From an uncultured Chloroflexia bacterium (GTDB lineage: Bacteria > Chloroflexota > Dehalococcoidia > GIF9 > AB-539-J10), in NCBI GenBank assembly GCA_963726175.1, contig CAVSBM010000010.1, positions 17,125-81,124 on the forward strand: 64,000 bases of DNA, in the 5' to 3' direction. Positions 40,919-50,465 of this stretch are shown piece after piece; position 1 is the stretch's first letter; every line of letters begins with the position of its first letter. Both the position numbers and the translations under genes were made by a program. The notes under the pieces were generated by a model. The model did not search any database, was not told where the DNA came from, and worked only from the letters and a program-made list of their open reading frames with translations.

Positions 40919-42391
40919 CTACTGGACTTTTTCCACTTTGAGCAGATTTGTGGAGCCAGCTACCCCAACCGGAATACCCCCGGTAATCACTACCAAATCA
41001 CCCGGTTTTGCCAGACCTAGTTCTTTAGAAAGCTTAGCCCCCATCGCGAATAACTCTTCCACCGACGAGGGCCCGGCTATTTGGAAGGGATAAACACCCC
41101 AGCACAGCATTAATCTCCCCACAACCACAGCATCAGTGGTTATCGCCAGAATAGGCATTCTCGGTCGGTATTTTGATACCCGCCCTGCCGTGCTACCAGA
41201 CCGGGTAAAGGCTACAAGAGCCGCTGCTCCCAGACTTTGCGCCGTATGGCAGGCACTATAGCTTATCAATTCATCCGTCTTTTGCTCCAGCCATCTGCCT
41301 CGTTCTGCCAGCATTTGCTCGTAGGGCAGTTTGCCTTCTACCTCCTGGGCAATCTTCGCCATCATCTTTACTGCCTGTATTGGATATTTCCCTGTGGAGG
41401 TCTCCTCTGAGAGCATGACGGCATCGGTACCATCAAATATGGCATTAGCTACATCAGTGACCTCGGCCCGCGTTGGCCGAGGGGCGTTCACCATGGACTC
41501 CAGCATTTGCGTAGCGGTAATCACCGGCTTACCTGCCTGGTTACATTTCTTGATAATCTCCTTCTGCACCAGTGGCACTTTTTCCAGGGGAATATCCACA
41601 CCAAGGTCTCCTCGCGCTACCATTATGCCCTCGCTGGTCAAGAGTATACTGTCAAATTTGTTAACTGCCACGCCCCTTTCAATCTTGGCAATAATCGATA
41701 TATCTGCATCGTTCTCAGATAATATAGCTCTGACAGTAGTTATATCACTAACATTGCCAACAAAAGAGAGAGCCAGGTAATCAGGCTGCTGCCTCACAGC
41801 AAAAAGAATGTGTTGCCGTAAAGCGTCAGTAATGAAAGAGGAGGAGATATGCATGCCCGGCACCCCCAGTCCCCTTCCCTCGGTGAGTATCCCCCCAACC
41901 ATGACCTTGCATCTAACTTCTGTGCCTTGCTTCTCCAGTACCTTGAGTTGCATGGCACCGTCATCAAGCAATACGGTATCCCCCACTTTTATATCTTGAG
42001 GAAGGGTAGGAAGATTAATTGGTATCACTCCATCGTCTCCCTTTACTTGCCTTGTGGTGAGGATAATCTGCGCACCCTTTTTCAGTCTGGCTTGACCATC
42101 TTTCAGCTTGCCCGTGCGATACTTTGGCCCTGGCAAATCTATAAGTATAGCAACAGGGATTGCCAGACGATGAGATAGCTTCCTTACAGTCTGGATATGA
42201 CGGGTTTGTTCTCTGCAGGTACCGTGAGATAGATTAAATCTGGCGACATTCATGCCAGCCTTTATCAGTTGCTCAATCACTGCAGCCGAGCCAGTAGCCG
42301 GACCGATAGTGCACACTATTTTTGTTCGCCTTCCAAAAAAGCTGGAGCGTTTCATATCACCGCCTCTCTCTGCCAAAGTATTACCTATCAA
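40919..42391 (-). CDS. pyk: Pyruvate kinase
   Basis: RRTKIVCTIGP start region and MVARGDLGV motif, about 480 aa. TTG 42391 overlaps the aldolase stop. ATG 42355 is an alternative start. Confidence 0.92.
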   Translation of the reverse strand: MIGNTLAERGGDMKRSSFFGRRTKIVCTIGPATGSAAVIEQLIKAGMNVARFNLSHGTCREQTRHIQTVRKLSHRLAIPVAILIDLPGPKYRTGKLKDGQARLKKGAQIILTTRQVKGDDGVIPINLPTLPQDIKVGDTVLLDDGAMQLKVLEKQGTEVRCKVMVGGILTEGRGLGVPGMHISSSFITDALRQHILFAVRQQPDYLALSFVGNVSDITTVRAILSENDADISIIAKIERGVAVNKFDSILLTSEGIMVARGDLGVDIPLEKVPLVQKEIIKKCNQAGKPVITATQMLESMVNAPRPTRAEVTDVANAIFDGTDAVMLSEETSTGKYPIQAVKMMAKIAQEVEGKLPYEQMLAERGRWLEQKTDELISYSACHTAQSLGAAALVAFTRSGSTAGRVSKYRPRMPILAITTDAVVVGRLMLCWGVYPFQIAGPSSVEELFAMGAKLSKELGLAKPGDLVVITGGIPVGVAGSTNLLKVEKVQ

Positions 42392-43401
42392 TAACTCCGA
42401 TACCAGCCCTCTGTCACCGGGGCAAATTTGCCGTTTTCAGCCCCCAGCCTGGAATACCACGACTTACCGTAGCTATCAGCTATCTCAGCCAGTTTCTTCA
42501 ACCTTGGAGCAGCCGTATCCTGGAAAAAATTCATCCTTTCTTCCCGAGAACGAATTTGGGCGCCTTCCTGCCACAGGGCACGCCCTGCCAGAAAACCAGA
42601 AGCTCCTGCCTTACAGGCTATCTCTACTTGTTTCTGGAATGAGTTGAAGTCAACGCCAGCACTAAGCAGCACCCAGGGTAGCCGGGATGCCTGGTTTAAC
42701 TCTTGGCACAACCCCAGCAGCTTTCCCTCATCTTGCTCAAACTTAATATCTGCCGGGAATTCTGCTTTCAACACATCAATGGGCAAGGCAGTAATCTGCC
42801 GGGCAGTTTCGATTACCAGACCAGGTTTTATCTCAGCAAACTTCTTCGAGGATGTCCCCCCTTGAATTATGCGTTCTTTTTCCTCAATAGGATAGCTTAC
42901 CGGCTCAACCAGAAAGGCTATATCCTCTTCAATGCATTGGTCGGCCAATCTTGCCACTAAATCGAGCTGTCTTGAGGCGACATCCTTCAGGTCAGGCCTG
43001 AAGTAGATTAAAAGCTTGACAGCTGAAGCCCCCATCGTCTTCGCCTTTCTCACGCTCCAGCCGGGCAGAAGCTCAGTGATTCTGGCGGTACTATCGCCAC
43101 TATAACCGGTCTTTTCCATGCTGACAAGAAGCCCCTTAGGCCCAGGCAAGAGGCCCGCAGCTATAGCCTGAGCAGCTCCGTATTCCGGGTCAAGCAATAT
43201 GGCACTGGCAAAAGGCGCCATTGCTTGGCAGAGGTCAAGCTTGAAATCAACTATCTCTTGATAACTCACCGCAGCAGGATTCTTCTCGTTCAAAGCCCGT
43301 CTAAGTGCTCCTCTGTGATCAATAGCACACATTGTCATCATGCCCTTTGAATCAGCCAATTGTTGAAGCCCTCTCACCTTGCCGATAGATATGTTTATCA
43401 C
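42388..43401 (-). CDS. Class I aldolase of the tagatose-1,6-bisphosphate aldolase (LacD) family
   Basis: 337 aa. GLQQLADSKG...MCAIDHRG... and LDPEYG patterns resemble LacD/YihT-family aldolases (from memory). GTG start preceded by GGAGGTGAT. Confidence 0.6.
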   Translation of the reverse strand: MINISIGKVRGLQQLADSKGMMTMCAIDHRGALRRALNEKNPAAVSYQEIVDFKLDLCQAMAPFASAILLDPEYGAAQAIAAGLLPGPKGLLVSMEKTGYSGDSTARITELLPGWSVRKAKTMGASAVKLLIYFRPDLKDVASRQLDLVARLADQCIEEDIAFLVEPVSYPIEEKERIIQGGTSSKKFAEIKPGLVIETARQITALPIDVLKAEFPADIKFEQDEGKLLGLCQELNQASRLPWVLLSAGVDFNSFQKQVEIACKAGASGFLAGRALWQEGAQIRSREERMNFFQDTAAPRLKKLAEIADSYGKSWYSRLGAENGKFAPVTEGWYRSY

Positions 43402-43431
43402 ATCACCTCCTGACAGACCGTATCTTTTCTT

Positions 43432-44424
43432 TCACTTAGAAACGAGTTTTCTCATCTCCTGGAGGGCAAAGGCGGCGGCGCCGAGCACTCCCGAATTCGG
43501 ACCCAGCCCGGCACAAGCAAAACGCACAGCCTGGAAAGCTTCTTTGAATGCTCTCCCTCCGGCCACCTTAAGAGCTGGCTTGAGCAGCATATCACCCATA
43601 TTTGATAAACCACCACCAATGACTATCAACTCAGGGTTGAATATGTTTATCAAGTTGGCCAGCCCTACACCTACATAGTAACCAGTCCGGGCAATCAGTT
43701 CCTTAGCTAGGCTATCACCTTGTTGGGCAGCACTATGAATGGCCTGCGGCGTCACCTTCTCTATGTCTCCTTCGGCATACTCCAGAATGTACGTCCTCAC
43801 CCCTTTTTCAATCCGCTTCCTTGCCTCCCTGGTTAGGGCTGTCCCCGATGCCAGCGTTTCCCAACAACCCCTGTTTCCACAGTTGCAGATGGGGCCCTTG
43901 TCATCAATGGTCATATGCCCGACCTCTCCGGCAGCACCAATGGCTCCGGTATAGATTTTGCCATCGATGATAATGCCCCCACCGATGCCTGTGCTGAGAG
44001 TAATATAGATGAAATCATCGACACCTTTGGCGGCACCAAAATAAAATTCCCCGAGGGCAGCGGCGTCGGCATCATTGATGAGAAAGGTTTTCTTGCCCAG
44101 CCTTTCTTGCATTATGTCTCTCAACAGAACATTCCGCAGCCCTGGCAGGTTCGGCGAGCTAAACAAAATGCCTGCTTCAGGATTAGAGATGCCGGCAGCT
44201 CCAACTCCTATGGCACAAATCTCCGTAATGGTCACCCCTGCCTGCTTCAAGGCATGCTGCGCCGAGTCCAGAATGGACTGGATTATGACCTCACGCTCCT
44301 TTGTGGCAGGCGTTATACTCTCATCGCTCGAAAGCATTCCACCTTGGGGGTCAACTATCGCCGTCAGTATTTTGCTGCCCCCAAGGTCAATGCCCATAGT
44401 CAAATTTCCTATATCCTCAGGCAT
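43432..44424 (-). CDS. glk: ROK-family glucokinase
   Basis: GIDLGGSKI ATP motif and CNCGNRGCWE zinc motif. The start is placed at ATG 44424, preceded by GGAGGAG, rather than at 44481. Confidence 0.85.
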   Translation of the reverse strand: MPEDIGNLTMGIDLGGSKILTAIVDPQGGMLSSDESITPATKEREVIIQSILDSAQHALKQAGVTITEICAIGVGAAGISNPEAGILFSSPNLPGLRNVLLRDIMQERLGKKTFLINDADAAALGEFYFGAAKGVDDFIYITLSTGIGGGIIIDGKIYTGAIGAAGEVGHMTIDDKGPICNCGNRGCWETLASGTALTREARKRIEKGVRTYILEYAEGDIEKVTPQAIHSAAQQGDSLAKELIARTGYYVGVGLANLINIFNPELIVIGGGLSNMGDMLLKPALKVAGGRAFKEAFQAVRFACAGLGPNSGVLGAAAFALQEMRKLVSK

Positions 44425-44628
44425 TTTTGCTCCTCCATCACTACAGAAGATTCTCTTTCCACTGGCAGTTCGCCTTATCAAAAGACATTGTTTGCTGCTA
44501 TGCCCTATTGTATACTGACGTCAACAAACATTCCAAGATAACAGCTCTACCGTGGACAATCGAAAGTACGGCGAAACCTTTAACTTGTCCATCTTATCGC
44601 GGGTAGCCCTCAGGCCGGATGAATTAAC

Positions 44629-46152
44629 ATGAGCTTTCCCAGAGCAAGCGGTGTATTGTTGCACCCGACCTCACTCCCGAGCCGATTCGGAATAGGAGAC
44701 CTGGGAAGCGAGGCTTATCAATTTGCCGATTTTCTGGCTAGCACTGGGCAGCGTCTCTGGCAGGTTTTGCCTCTGGGTCCCACAGGCTATGGCAATTCTC
44801 CATACCAGTGTCTTTCAGTGTTTGCGGGCAACCCTTTGCTCATAAGTTTGGAAAGGCTGGTCGCAGACAAATCCCTGGAATTCGTCGACCTAGAGAAAGC
44901 GCCTTCTTTCACTGAAGACAGAGTTGACTATAGCGCAGTTGGCAAATTCAGAATGCCGCTCTTGAAAAAGTCCTTCGAGACGTTCGAAAGAAAAGCTGGT
45001 CACCATAAGCGAAAAGAACTCGAGGCTTTCTGTCGGCAAAATGCCGCCTGGCTCGAAACTTACTCGTTGTTTATGGCATTGAAAGAGGCTCACGACCTCA
45101 CTGCCTGGAATACATGGGAGGAAGATATCAGGACGCGCCAGCCGAAATCCTTGGAGCGCTGGACCAAGAAGCTGGACCACGAAATCCGTTACCACAAATA
45201 TCAACAATACCAGCTCTTGAGACAGTGGTTGGAACTAAAGAAGTACTGCAATGAGCTTGGGATAAGGTTGATCGGCGATATGCCTATATTCGTAGCCCTC
45301 GATAGCGTCGAGGTTTGGTCGCATCCGGAGATGTTTTACCTGGACGACAGTGGCCAACCAACCGTGGTAGCTGGCGTCCCGCCTGACTACTTCAGCAAGA
45401 CAGGACAATTATGGGGAAATCCTCTCTATCGCTGGGATGTAATCGCCAAAAATGGCTATGCTTGGTGGATTGAGCGCTTCCGAACAGCACGTAGGTTGGT
45501 GGACATTATCAGGGTGGACCATTTCCGCGGGTTCGAGAAATACTGGGAGGTTCCTGCAACAGATACCACCGCCCTAAATGGCAGGTGGGTTCCCGGACCA
45601 GGCGCCGCATTGTTTGAAGCGGTACAAAAAGCTCTTGGGGCGTTGCCCATAATCGCTGAAGACCTGGGAGTAATTACACCGGAGGTAGATGCCCTTAGGG
45701 AACAATTTGGCTTCCCCGGCATGAGAGTCCTCCAGTTTGCATTCGGCAGTGACCCCAAAGCCGATGATTACAGACCTCACAACTACCCACGAAATTGCGT
45801 GGTGTTCACTGGCACCCATGACAACAATACGACTGTCGGCTGGTTCAGAGGTGAGGATGTCAAAGACAGCACTCAAAGCAAAGAGGAGAGGGAAAAAGAG
45901 AAGCAGGTTGCCTTGAGTTATTTGGGCACTGATGGTCACGAAATAAATTGGGATTTCATCTGTCTGGCCTTGATGTCTGCCGCAGATACTGCCATCATCC
46001 CTATGCAAGATATTTTGGGATTGGGCAGCGAAGCGAGGATGAATCTTCCGGGCAGAGCGGAAGGGAATTGGTGTTGGCGCTTTGCACCCGACATGCTGAC
46101 CGAAGGAATTAAAGCCAGGTTGAAGAAATTGACTGCGCTCTCTGGACGGTAG
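44629..46152 (+). CDS. malQ: 4-alpha-glucanotransferase (amylomaltase, GH77)
   Basis: 507 aa. RASGVLLHPTSLPS...GIGDLG start, and DHFRGF and GTHDN motifs. Confidence 0.9.
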   Translation: MSFPRASGVLLHPTSLPSRFGIGDLGSEAYQFADFLASTGQRLWQVLPLGPTGYGNSPYQCLSVFAGNPLLISLERLVADKSLEFVDLEKAPSFTEDRVDYSAVGKFRMPLLKKSFETFERKAGHHKRKELEAFCRQNAAWLETYSLFMALKEAHDLTAWNTWEEDIRTRQPKSLERWTKKLDHEIRYHKYQQYQLLRQWLELKKYCNELGIRLIGDMPIFVALDSVEVWSHPEMFYLDDSGQPTVVAGVPPDYFSKTGQLWGNPLYRWDVIAKNGYAWWIERFRTARRLVDIIRVDHFRGFEKYWEVPATDTTALNGRWVPGPGAALFEAVQKALGALPIIAEDLGVITPEVDALREQFGFPGMRVLQFAFGSDPKADDYRPHNYPRNCVVFTGTHDNNTTVGWFRGEDVKDSTQSKEEREKEKQVALSYLGTDGHEINWDFICLALMSAADTAIIPMQDILGLGSEARMNLPGRAEGNWCWRFAPDMLTEGIKARLKKLTALSGR

Positions 46153-46288
46153 TTGCAGCTTGATGAGCCTGTGCTGAACATTCGTCAAGTTGCAGGGTGC
46201 GCCCCGCAGTCGCGAACTACGTGAGCTTGACAATGACAGCTGTCGGCGCTATCACTTAGGTGAATCGGCTATTATGTCAAATGGAATC

Positions 46289-46317
46289 ATTGATTATTGT
46301 ACTTGTTGATAGTATAC
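46289..46317 (+). promoter_or_regulatory. Sigma-70-like promoter candidate upstream of dnaN
   Basis: TTGATT (46289-46294), 17 nt, TATACT (46312-46317), 30 nt before the GGGGGAGG SD and the ATG at 46348. Confidence 0.35.
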
Positions 46318-46347
46318 TTTCATTAAACAGAGAGGGGGAGGTATTCC

Positions 46348-47481
46348 ATGAAATTGTCTTGTCTTCAAGAAAACCTAAATAAGGGCCTGAACATTGTAGG
46401 GAGAGCCGTAGCCACCAGATCCACTTTGCCTATAACGCAAAATATCCTTCTATCTGCCGAGCAATCGCGTCTGAAATTGGCAGCCACCAACCTCGAAATG
46501 GCTATCACGTGCTGGATTGGTGCCAAGGTGAAGCAGAAGGGGGAGATAACTGTCCCGGCTCGGTTGCTCACCGACTTTGTTAATTCGCTGCCCAATGACT
46601 TGATTGAGATCAATCTTCCCGCTAGCGGTCACATCCTGGAAGTCAAGAGCGGCCACTTTCAAGCCCGTATTCATGGCATTGACGCCGCAGACTTCCCACC
46701 TATCCCTCAGATAGACGACGGCATAACTACCACTATAGACGCAGCTAACCTCAGGGAAGGAATTACCCAAGTCGCTTTTGCTGCTGCTACTGAAGAATCC
46801 CGCCCAGTATTGACCGGAATCAACGCTGAGTTCGATGGCGACCAGCTTAACTTGGTGGCTGCCGATGGCTTTCGGCTAGCTGTCCACAAGACGACTCTTA
46901 ACTCACGAATCAAGGACAAGACTGCGGTCATTATCCCAGCCAGAACCCTCAGCGAACTAGGTCGTGTTATTGGTGAACAGGAGGAACCGGTAGAAATTAC
47001 CATAAACGAAAAAAAGAGCCAGGTCCTCTTCCGCCTCAAGGATGCTGAGATAGTCTCTCAGCTTATTCAGGGTTCCTTCCCCAATTATTCCCAGGTTATT
47101 CCTCAAAGCTATACCACGCGGGCTGTAGTGGACATTAGTGAATTTCTTCGGGTCACTAAGATGTCTTCGATATTTGCTCGCGATGCGAGCGGCATAGTTC
47201 GCCTCGTCATTACCCCGGGTACTGAACTTAAGCCGGGAAAGGTGACTGTTTCTGCTCAGGCTGAAGAGGTTGGAGACAATGTTGGTGAAGTTGACGCTCT
47301 CACTGACGGAGAAGAGGCGAAAATCGCTTTTAACGTGAAATATCTTTCTGATGTTCTGTCCGTCCTTCCCCAGGCCCAGGTTGCTCTGGAACTCACCACA
47401 CCCTCAAGCCCGGGAACTATCCGCCCTATAGGCGTGGACAACTATGTTCACGTAGTCATGCCGATGTTCGTGCAGTGGTGA
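46348..47481 (+). CDS. dnaN: DNA polymerase III beta sliding clamp
   Basis: 377 aa. MKLSCLQENLNKGL...TLPIT start and a three-domain length. No dnaA nearby. Confidence 0.9.
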   Translation: MKLSCLQENLNKGLNIVGRAVATRSTLPITQNILLSAEQSRLKLAATNLEMAITCWIGAKVKQKGEITVPARLLTDFVNSLPNDLIEINLPASGHILEVKSGHFQARIHGIDAADFPPIPQIDDGITTTIDAANLREGITQVAFAAATEESRPVLTGINAEFDGDQLNLVAADGFRLAVHKTTLNSRIKDKTAVIIPARTLSELGRVIGEQEEPVEITINEKKSQVLFRLKDAEIVSQLIQGSFPNYSQVIPQSYTTRAVVDISEFLRVTKMSSIFARDASGIVRLVITPGTELKPGKVTVSAQAEEVGDNVGEVDALTDGEEAKIAFNVKYLSDVLSVLPQAQVALELTTPSSPGTIRPIGVDNYVHVVMPMFVQW

Positions 47482-47540
47482 AAGATAGCTCGAATTATAG
47501 GCTCCTTCAACTCCAAGGATGTCTTGGATACTGCGACCTA

Positions 47541-47568
47541 TTGATAATTCTCTCGCTACTGATACAAT
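47541..47568 (+). promoter_or_regulatory. Promoter candidate for the repeat-protein cassette
   Basis: TTGATA (47541-47546), 16 nt, TACAAT (47563-47568), about 20 nt before the ATG at 47590. Confidence 0.35.
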
Positions 47569-47589
47569 AGCATTTTCAGGCTCACGTGC

Positions 47590-48717
47590 ATGAGAACAAT
47601 CAGCGTCTTTCTAATTGCGATAGCCTTAATTGCCGGGATGGTAGACTATGGTGGCCGTGAATCCTATACCCTCACTATCGTCAGTACCGCTGGAGGGTCG
47701 GTAATCACCCCTGGAGAGGGGACTTTTACCTATTACGAAGGAACGGTGGTCCACCTGGTGGCTGGGCTTGAGCTGGGCTATCGCTTTGTCAACTGGACTG
47801 GCGATGTGGGCACCATTGCCAATGTTAATGATGCCACAACCACCATCACCATAAACGACCACTGCTCTATCACCGCCAACTTTGAGAAGGTCAACTTTAT
47901 GGTGGCCGCAGGCTACTCTCACACGGTGGGGCTCAGGTCCGACGGCACCGTGGTCGCCGCGGGGTACGTCGTCTTGAACAACTGGCACAGGGCAGTGCGA
48001 TGTCGAGCGGCTGGACAGGACATCATCGAGGTCGCCGCAGGCTACTAGTCACACGGTGGGGCTTAAGATCCGACGGCACCGTGGTCGCCGTGGGATACAA
48101 CTACTACGGGCAGTGCAATGTCGGCGGCTGGGCGGACATCGCCCAGGTCGCCGCAGGCGGCTATCACACGGTGGGGCTTAAGTCCGACGGTACCGTGGTC
48201 GCCGTGGGATACAACACGACGGCCAGTGCAATGTCGGCGACTGGACAGACATCGTCCAGGTCACCGCAGGCGGACTATCACACGGTGGGGCTTAGGTCCG
48301 ACGGCACCGTGGTTGCCGCGGGAGACAACACCTAAGGGCAGTGCGATGTCGGCAGCTGGACAGATATCGTCCAGGTCGCCGCAGGCGGCTACCACACGGT
48401 GGGGGTTAGGTCCGACGGCACCGTGGTTGCCGTGGGATACAACGACTATCGGGCAGTGCAATGTCCGCAGCTGGACAAACATTATCCAGGTCGCCGCAGG
48501 CGGACAGGCACACGGTGGGGCTTAAGTCGGACGGCACCGTGGTTGCGGCGGGCTCGAACTGGGCGGGGCAGTGCAACGTCGGGCGACTGGTCAAACATCA
48601 TCTGGGTCGCCGCAGGCGGAAGTCCACACGGTGGGGCTTAAGTCCGACGGCACCGTGGTCGCTGTGGGATGGGACGACTTTGCGCAGTGTGCGGTCGGCA
48701 GCTGGGACCTGGATTGA
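47590..48717 (+). pseudogene. Membrane-anchored protein: InlB-B-repeat-like domain plus RCC1-like beta-propeller repeats, frame broken in nearly every repeat
   Basis: N-terminal TM/signal anchor (ISVFLIAIALIAGM). YTLTIVSTAGGSVITPGEG...GYRFVNWTGD domain. Then about 7 units of AAGxxHTVGLxSDGTVVAxGxNxxGQCxVxxWxDIxQV spread over three frames. The last unit ends ...AVGSWDLD* at 48717. Confidence 0.7.
47902..48717 (+). repeat. Tandem coding repeats, nominal 117-nt unit (about 7 copies)
   Basis: GTCGCCGCAGG-type unit starts at 47902, 48031, 48147, 48260, 48375, 48490 and 48606. Spacings are 129, 116, 113, 115, 115 and 116 nt. Visibly GC-rich relative to the flanks. Confidence 0.85.
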
Positions 48718-48823
48718 ACCTTCCCCTATGATCGACCAAACTGCCTCACTGTTCGTTCTGCCAGCTACGCCCTTGACAACGGATAACCTTTACCCTCAAT
48801 ATAGCTATACCCACAACGGAACA

Positions 48824-48850
48824 GTGATGCCCATGTTTGTCCAGTGGTAA
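48824..48850 (+). pseudogene. Displaced, diverged copy of the dnaN 3' terminus
   Basis: GTG ATG CCC ATG TTT GTC CAG TGG TAA versus the dnaN end GTC ATG CCG ATG TTC GTG CAG TGG TGA (47455-47481). Both encode VMPMFVQW* and all 5 differences are at third codon positions. Weaker resemblance extends about 60-90 nt upstream. Confidence 0.6.
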
Positions 48851-49124
48851 CCTGCTTGATGTTCGACCAAGGACTTAGGAAAAGAGCCAAAAGACTAGCG
48901 GATTCTGAGAGCGTTTGAGCTAAGGCAAGCCCGCAAATACTATCACCAACCCTGCCACTATCATTGCCACACCCAAGGCCAATAAACCAATCAACAACTT
49001 CTTATTCATATTACAGAGTATTTGCCAAGCAAGTAGCCTATCATGATACTCTAACACCAAACAAAAGGAAAGGACTAACGCTATACTCAATGGTTAAGCA
49101 TTACACACGCAACGATAGTGAATG

Positions 49125-50465
49125 CTATTCTGCGATGGGCAGGGTGAATGAGAAACGGCTTCCCTCTCCCAGCTTGCTCTGAACTGCGATTGTTCCGCCA
49201 TGGGCTTCCACCAGTCGCTTGGCGATGGTAAGCCCCAAGCCACTGCCTCCCGTGGCTCTGGCACGAGATTTATCCACTCTATAGAAACGCTCGAAAATGT
49301 GAGGCAAATCCTCAGCAGGAATGCCTTCGCCTGTATCAGATACGCGCACCTCTACCCATTTGCCTTTTTCGCTAGCAGCCACGTTAATAGTGCCTCCTTT
49401 CGGAGTGTGAGCCACCGCATTTTCCAGAATGTTGTGCAGCACCTGGTTGATACGCTGCCAGTCAATGTTGACCAGCGGCAGACTATCAGGTAGCTCAAGG
49501 GATAGGCATATCTCCCCTGCTGTCAATTGGGGCTGCCAGGGAGTTACCGCCTGCTTAACCAGGTCGGTGATGTTTTCCGCCTGATAAACCAGTTTCAGTT
49601 CACCAGCTTCGGCGAGACTTAACTCCTGGAGTTCGTTAACCAGTCGCGAAAGCAGAGATGCCTCTTCGTTGAGGGAGCTAATAGCGGCGGCATCTGGCTT
49701 TATCACTCCATCGCGAATTGCCTCCAGATAACCCCGAATATTGGAAAGGGGAGTTCTCAATTCATGAGCAACATCGGCGACCATGTTTCGTCGTAATTGC
49801 TCGGCGTACTCCAGATCAGCCGCCATGGAGTTGAAGGCTTTGGCCAGTGCTGCAATTTCGCCTTCACCCTGTAATCGAACCCTCTCGGACAGATCTCCGT
49901 GTCCCAATCGTCTAGCAGCGCTCGCCAATGCACCGATAGGTGACGTCATCCTCCGCGACAACATGAAGGTCAATAGCAAAGCGATGCCAATTGCTACCGA
50001 GCCTCCCAGGAGGAGAGACCGATTTATTGAAGCAGAGAGTCTCAGAAACGGAGCAACATATGGTTCTGCGGCAGGGTCAGAGGTGATATAGACTTTGCCC
50101 AGAAGCTCTGCACCCAAGAACATCTCCAGAGGATCGCTCGATGAGTCAGTGTAGTTCGTTCCTAGAAATTCACCTTTTGAATCACCTACTACCGTCCCAT
50201 TGACACCGACCAATATAATACGTGTCCCCGACACATGCGCTGTATCTGCCACTACAGATTGGACATCCTCCCAGCTTCGTTTGTCCCAATAGTGCAGATA
50301 TAGCCTGGATAGTATTTGATCAGAACGATACTGCGCGCTTATTGTCTCATAATATTCCATCTCGGTGGCGATGCGCTCGCTGACAAAGAAATATATGGTG
50401 ACGACGGTCGCCAGTATTATCACTGCGAAAGTCACCGAGAGGCGAAACCACAACCGATGTATCAC
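49125..50465 (-). CDS. Membrane sensor histidine kinase (HAMP-HisKA-HATPase)
   Basis: 446 aa. Two TM segments, a HAMP region, H-box [12 protein letters not shown], and N/G boxes ([24 protein letters not shown]). Confidence 0.85.
   Translation of the reverse strand: MIHRLWFRLSVTFAVIILATVVTIYFFVSERIATEMEYYETISAQYRSDQILSRLYLHYWDKRSWEDVQSVVADTAHVSGTRIILVGVNGTVVGDSKGEFLGTNYTDSSSDPLEMFLGAELLGKVYITSDPAAEPYVAPFLRLSASINRSLLLGGSVAIGIALLLTFMLSRRMTSPIGALASAARRLGHGDLSERVRLQGEGEIAALAKAFNSMAADLEYAEQLRRNMVADVAHELRTPLSNIRGYLEAIRDGVIKPDAAAISSLNEEASLLSRLVNELQELSLAEAGELKLVYQAENITDLVKQAVTPWQPQLTAGEICLSLELPDSLPLVNIDWQRINQVLHNILENAVAHTPKGGTINVAASEKGKWVEVRVSDTGEGIPAEDLPHIFERFYRVDKSRARATGGSGLGLTIAKRLVEAHGGTIAVQSKLGEGSRFSFTLPIAE

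Noticed and set aside
46153-46347. Replication origin next to dnaN
   Set aside because: No dnaA gene is adjacent, and I see no cluster of TTATCCACA-like boxes or an AT-rich unwinding element. There is only a promoter-like TTGATT-17-TATACT.
48920-49009. 29-aa hydrophobic ORF (MNKKLLIGLLALGVAMIVAGLVIVFAGLP) downstream of the histidine kinase
   Set aside because: No Shine-Dalgarno and very short. It could be a real membrane micro-protein, but the sequence alone does not support calling it.
47482-49124. Integrase, transposase or att-site mobile element responsible for the dnaN-flanked insertion (and likewise at proC)
   Set aside because: No recombinase-like ORF and no inverted terminal repeats are recognisable. 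The duplicated segments are coding gene ends with synonymous divergence, which fits homologous exchange better than a classical mobile element.
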